A stretch of 60,671 bases of DNA from Candidatus Shapirobacteria bacterium (lineage in GTDB: Bacteria; Patescibacteriota; Microgenomatia; VGLL01). Position numbers and translations under genes: made by a program. Positions 58,808-60,671 of this stretch are shown here, piece after piece. Below the pieces are notes generated by a model. The model saw only the letters and a program-made list of their open reading frames with translations. It was not told where the DNA came from and made no database searches. The DNA lies in the NCBI GenBank assembly GCA_016866735.1, contig VGLL01000001.1:1-60671 (forward strand), in the 5' to 3' direction. How positions within the stretch are numbered: position 1 is the first letter of the stretch; each line of letters opens with the position of its first letter.

Positions 58808-59553
58808 TGAATAGTGGTTATGACAAGTTTGATTACCCGGAATATTGGGTAGGCAGAGAGTATGAAGACGGGGCGGAAAAAATTGCTTTAAGAAAACTTT
58901 TCTCTTTAATTCCCCAAAGAGAATCCCTTATTGACATCGGTGCCGGTTTTGGCCGACACGCGCCGGCCTATGCGCCATTATTCAGAAAATGCCTTTTAGT
59001 TGATCCTGCTAAAGAGCTTCTGGGGTTGGCAAAAAATGAGCTTTCGTCTTTTGGTAATTTGGAATATGTGGTTGGCGGGGGACAAAAAATTCCTGCCCCA
59101 AGCGAGTCGTTTTCCGCCGCTCTTTTAATTAGAGTCATCCATCATTTAGAAAAACCTGAAGAAACTTTTGCCGAAATTAAGCGAATTTTAAAACCCGGCG
59201 GTTATTTCGTTTTGGAATTTGCCAACAAACTTCATTTTTTGGCTCGAATAAGGGCGTATCTTCGCGGCAATTTCGATTTTGCAGAGGAGATTGGCCCGAT
59301 TGAGCAGCGAAGCCGGGATGAAGATATTCACTTCTTAAACTATCACCCCCTGATGATTAAAAATTTGCTTGGCCAATCAGGGTTTAGCGTTGTTAAAACT
59401 CTCTCCGTTTCCAATTTTCGCTTTTCCCTGTTAAAGAAAGCAATTCCTTTAGGCGCGCTGCTTCATTTAGAAAAGACTTTTCAGAAGCCACTGGCGCGAA
59501 ACTATTTTGGCCCGAGCATCTTCTTTTTAGCCCATAAAAAAATCCCAGAGTAG
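58807..59553 (+). CDS. Class I SAM-dependent methyltransferase
   Basis: Motifs IDIGAGFGR, V.HHL and RILKPGG. Confidence 0.9.
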   Translation: MNSGYDKFDYPEYWVGREYEDGAEKIALRKLFSLIPQRESLIDIGAGFGRHAPAYAPLFRKCLLVDPAKELLGLAKNELSSFGNLEYVVGGGQKIPAPSESFSAALLIRVIHHLEKPEETFAEIKRILKPGGYFVLEFANKLHFLARIRAYLRGNFDFAEEIGPIEQRSRDEDIHFLNYHPLMIKNLLGQSGFSVVKTLSVSNFRFSLLKKAIPLGALLHLEKTFQKPLARNYFGPSIFFLAHKKIPE

Positions 59554-59585
59554 GCCTTTTACGGCAACCCCAGGATCTAGTCGGT

Positions 59586-59614
59586 ATTATAACACAGTCT
59601 TATAGTCTTGTCAA
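59586..59614 (-). promoter_or_regulatory. Perfect consensus sigma70 promoter, minus strand
   Basis: TTGACA-17 nt-TATAAT with a TG extension. Confidence 0.75.
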
Positions 59615-59634
59615 GTCCCGCGTTATGGGTTGGC

Positions 59635-59663
59635 TTGAATCTTTGTTTGGCTCTTGTTATACT
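59635..59663 (+). promoter_or_regulatory. Promoter for tRNA-Leu
   Basis: TTGAAT-17 nt-TATACT with a TG extension. Confidence 0.6.
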
Positions 59664-59679
59664 CATAACTAGTAAGCTT

Positions 59680-59761
59680 GCCAGGGTGGTGAAACTGGTA
59701 GACACGCTAGGTTTAGGACCTAGTGCCGTAAGGCTTGCAGGTCCGAGTCCTGTCCCTGGCA
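59680..59761 (+). tRNA. tRNA-Leu(TAG)
   Basis: GCCAGGG...CTAGG TT TAG GA CCTAG, long variable arm, GCAGG TCCGAGT CCTGT, CCCTGGC A. Confidence 0.92.
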
Positions 59762-59763
59762 CA

Positions 59764-60021
59764 GTGTATTTTCTCTATATTTTAAGAAGTCTTAAGGACG
59801 GAAAGCTGTATATTGGCGTTACGAATAACATAGATAAGCGCCTTAAGCAGCATAATAATGGAAACACAAAATCCACTAAATTTCGCAGACCATTTATTTT
59901 GCTGTATAAAGAGTCCTTCAGTACGAGGAGTGAGGCAATGAAAAGGGAGTGGCATTTTAAGAATACTGGGGAAGGAAATAAGTTAATGAGGGTGCTTATT
60001 GATGACGCAAAATTCGCTTAA
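59764..60021 (+). CDS. Small GIY-YIG nuclease
   Basis: YFLYILRS....LYIG.T.NI.KRL.QHN.G...TK..RP..L.Y.E......A..RE. Confidence 0.88.
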   Translation: MYFLYILRSLKDGKLYIGVTNNIDKRLKQHNNGNTKSTKFRRPFILLYKESFSTRSEAMKREWHFKNTGEGNKLMRVLIDDAKFA

Positions 60022-60029
60022 GGTGTAGA

Positions 60030-60072
60030 GGCCCTGAGAGGGTGCCTTCGGCCCTGAGAGGGTGCCTTCGGC
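60030..60072 (+). repeat. 20-bp tandem duplication inside a tRNA 3'-like fragment
   Basis: (ggccctgagagggtgccttc) twice, between AGAGG and TTCGAGTCCTCT. Confidence 0.8.
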
Positions 60073-60146
60073 GCATTCGAGTCCTCTCTGCGGCACAATC
60101 TACCTGAAGCAAAGGATTTATATTTAAATAAATCAATGAATTTGTT

Positions 60147-60560
60147 ATGATTAAATGTCAGAAGCAAATGATGGGAGATTCAAGCATAGCTAATTACTGG
60201 AAAAATAGCGCAACCGATGCCCTTGATACAGCTGATAAGCTTTTTGCGTCTAAAAAGTATCATCACTCTTTATTTTTTCTTCATTTAGCAGTAGAAAAAT
60301 TACTCAAAGCGATTTATGTTCAACGTAAAAACGAAGCGGCGCCCGTTGGTCATGATTTAATACGACTGGCCGAAAAGGCAAAAATTGCACTAGACGAAAA
60401 AATGATGCGCGAGTTGGCAGAGATTTCTACTTTTAATGTTGCTGCCCGATATGATGATTATAAATTTAAGTTCTATAAGAAGGCTACCTACGAATTTACT
60501 CTCAAGTGGCAGGAAATTGGCAAGCGCTTATTTAAACAATTTTCATTATTAAATCCATGA
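60147..60560 (+). CDS. HEPN domain protein (true start may be 60168/60171)
   Basis: W...A..AL..A..L...Y..SLF..HLAVEK.LKA, GHDL..L and ARY. Confidence 0.9.
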   Translation: MIKCQKQMMGDSSIANYWKNSATDALDTADKLFASKKYHHSLFFLHLAVEKLLKAIYVQRKNEAAPVGHDLIRLAEKAKIALDEKMMRELAEISTFNVAARYDDYKFKFYKKATYEFTLKWQEIGKRLFKQFSLLNP

Positions 60561-60671
60561 AAAACATTCATTTAAAGGCCCTACAATTTATACAACTTTT
60601 AAATAAGGCGGGCATACCAGTATCTAAGGCCTACTTGTTTGGTTCTTACGCCAGGGGAACGGCTGATGAAA
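60557..60671 (+). CDS. Minimal nucleotidyltransferase (MNT), 3' truncated by window edge
   Basis: MKNIHLKALQFIQLLNKAGIPVSKAYLFGSYARGTADE; ATGA overlap with the HEPN stop. Confidence 0.85.
   Translation, partial: MKNIHLKALQFIQLLNKAGIPVSKAYLFGSYARGTADE

Noticed and set aside
59577..59763. ORF 59577..59762 (-) and the N-terminal extension of 59608..60021
   Set aside because: Both overlap tRNA-Leu and its promoters; the GIY-YIG domain starts at GTG 59764.

Overview
This is a bacterial chromosomal window, most likely from a CPR/Patescibacteria (Microgenomates-like) genome. That assignment is an inference from compact gene packing, gene content and short dispersed repeats. 1-15.3 kb holds a peptidoglycan/division cluster (murE, murC/mpl, murA, ddl, murF-like, mraY, ftsW, murG, ftsQ-like, ftsA). 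Embedded in it are an ATE/Bpt-like aminoacyl-transferase, an NlpC/P60-like protein and a LysW-like carrier + PLP enzyme + ATP-grasp trio. 15.3-35.1 kb holds tRNA-Gly, a LysM protein, a tRNA-Asp nested inside a second tRNA-like gene, polX, lemA-htpX, gatCAB, an MFS transporter, dnaE, rplS, yraN, lgt, holA, ppsA, eno and gpmI. 35.2-39.9 kb is an accessory block: a frameshifted, atypical ribonucleotide reductase, a CYTH protein, an NDT-like/RHH regulator, an rsmI pseudogene and DUF3800. 40-52.7 kb holds uvrB, a GNAT, uvrA and a type III R-M locus whose mod and res genes are separated by cargo genes, two of them preceded by a copy of the first 27 nt of res. 53-60.7 kb holds a transglutaminase-like protein, uvrC, secG, an ABC substrate-binding protein, a methyltransferase, tRNA-Leu + GIY-YIG and a HEPN-MNT pair. 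The most notable items are the tRNA-in-tRNA, the res-start-duplicating cassette array, the atypical RNR module, the carrier-protein module in the cell wall cluster, and promoter-driven short hairpin RNAs convergent on gene 3' ends. All product calls come from motif recognition by eye; no database searches were run.
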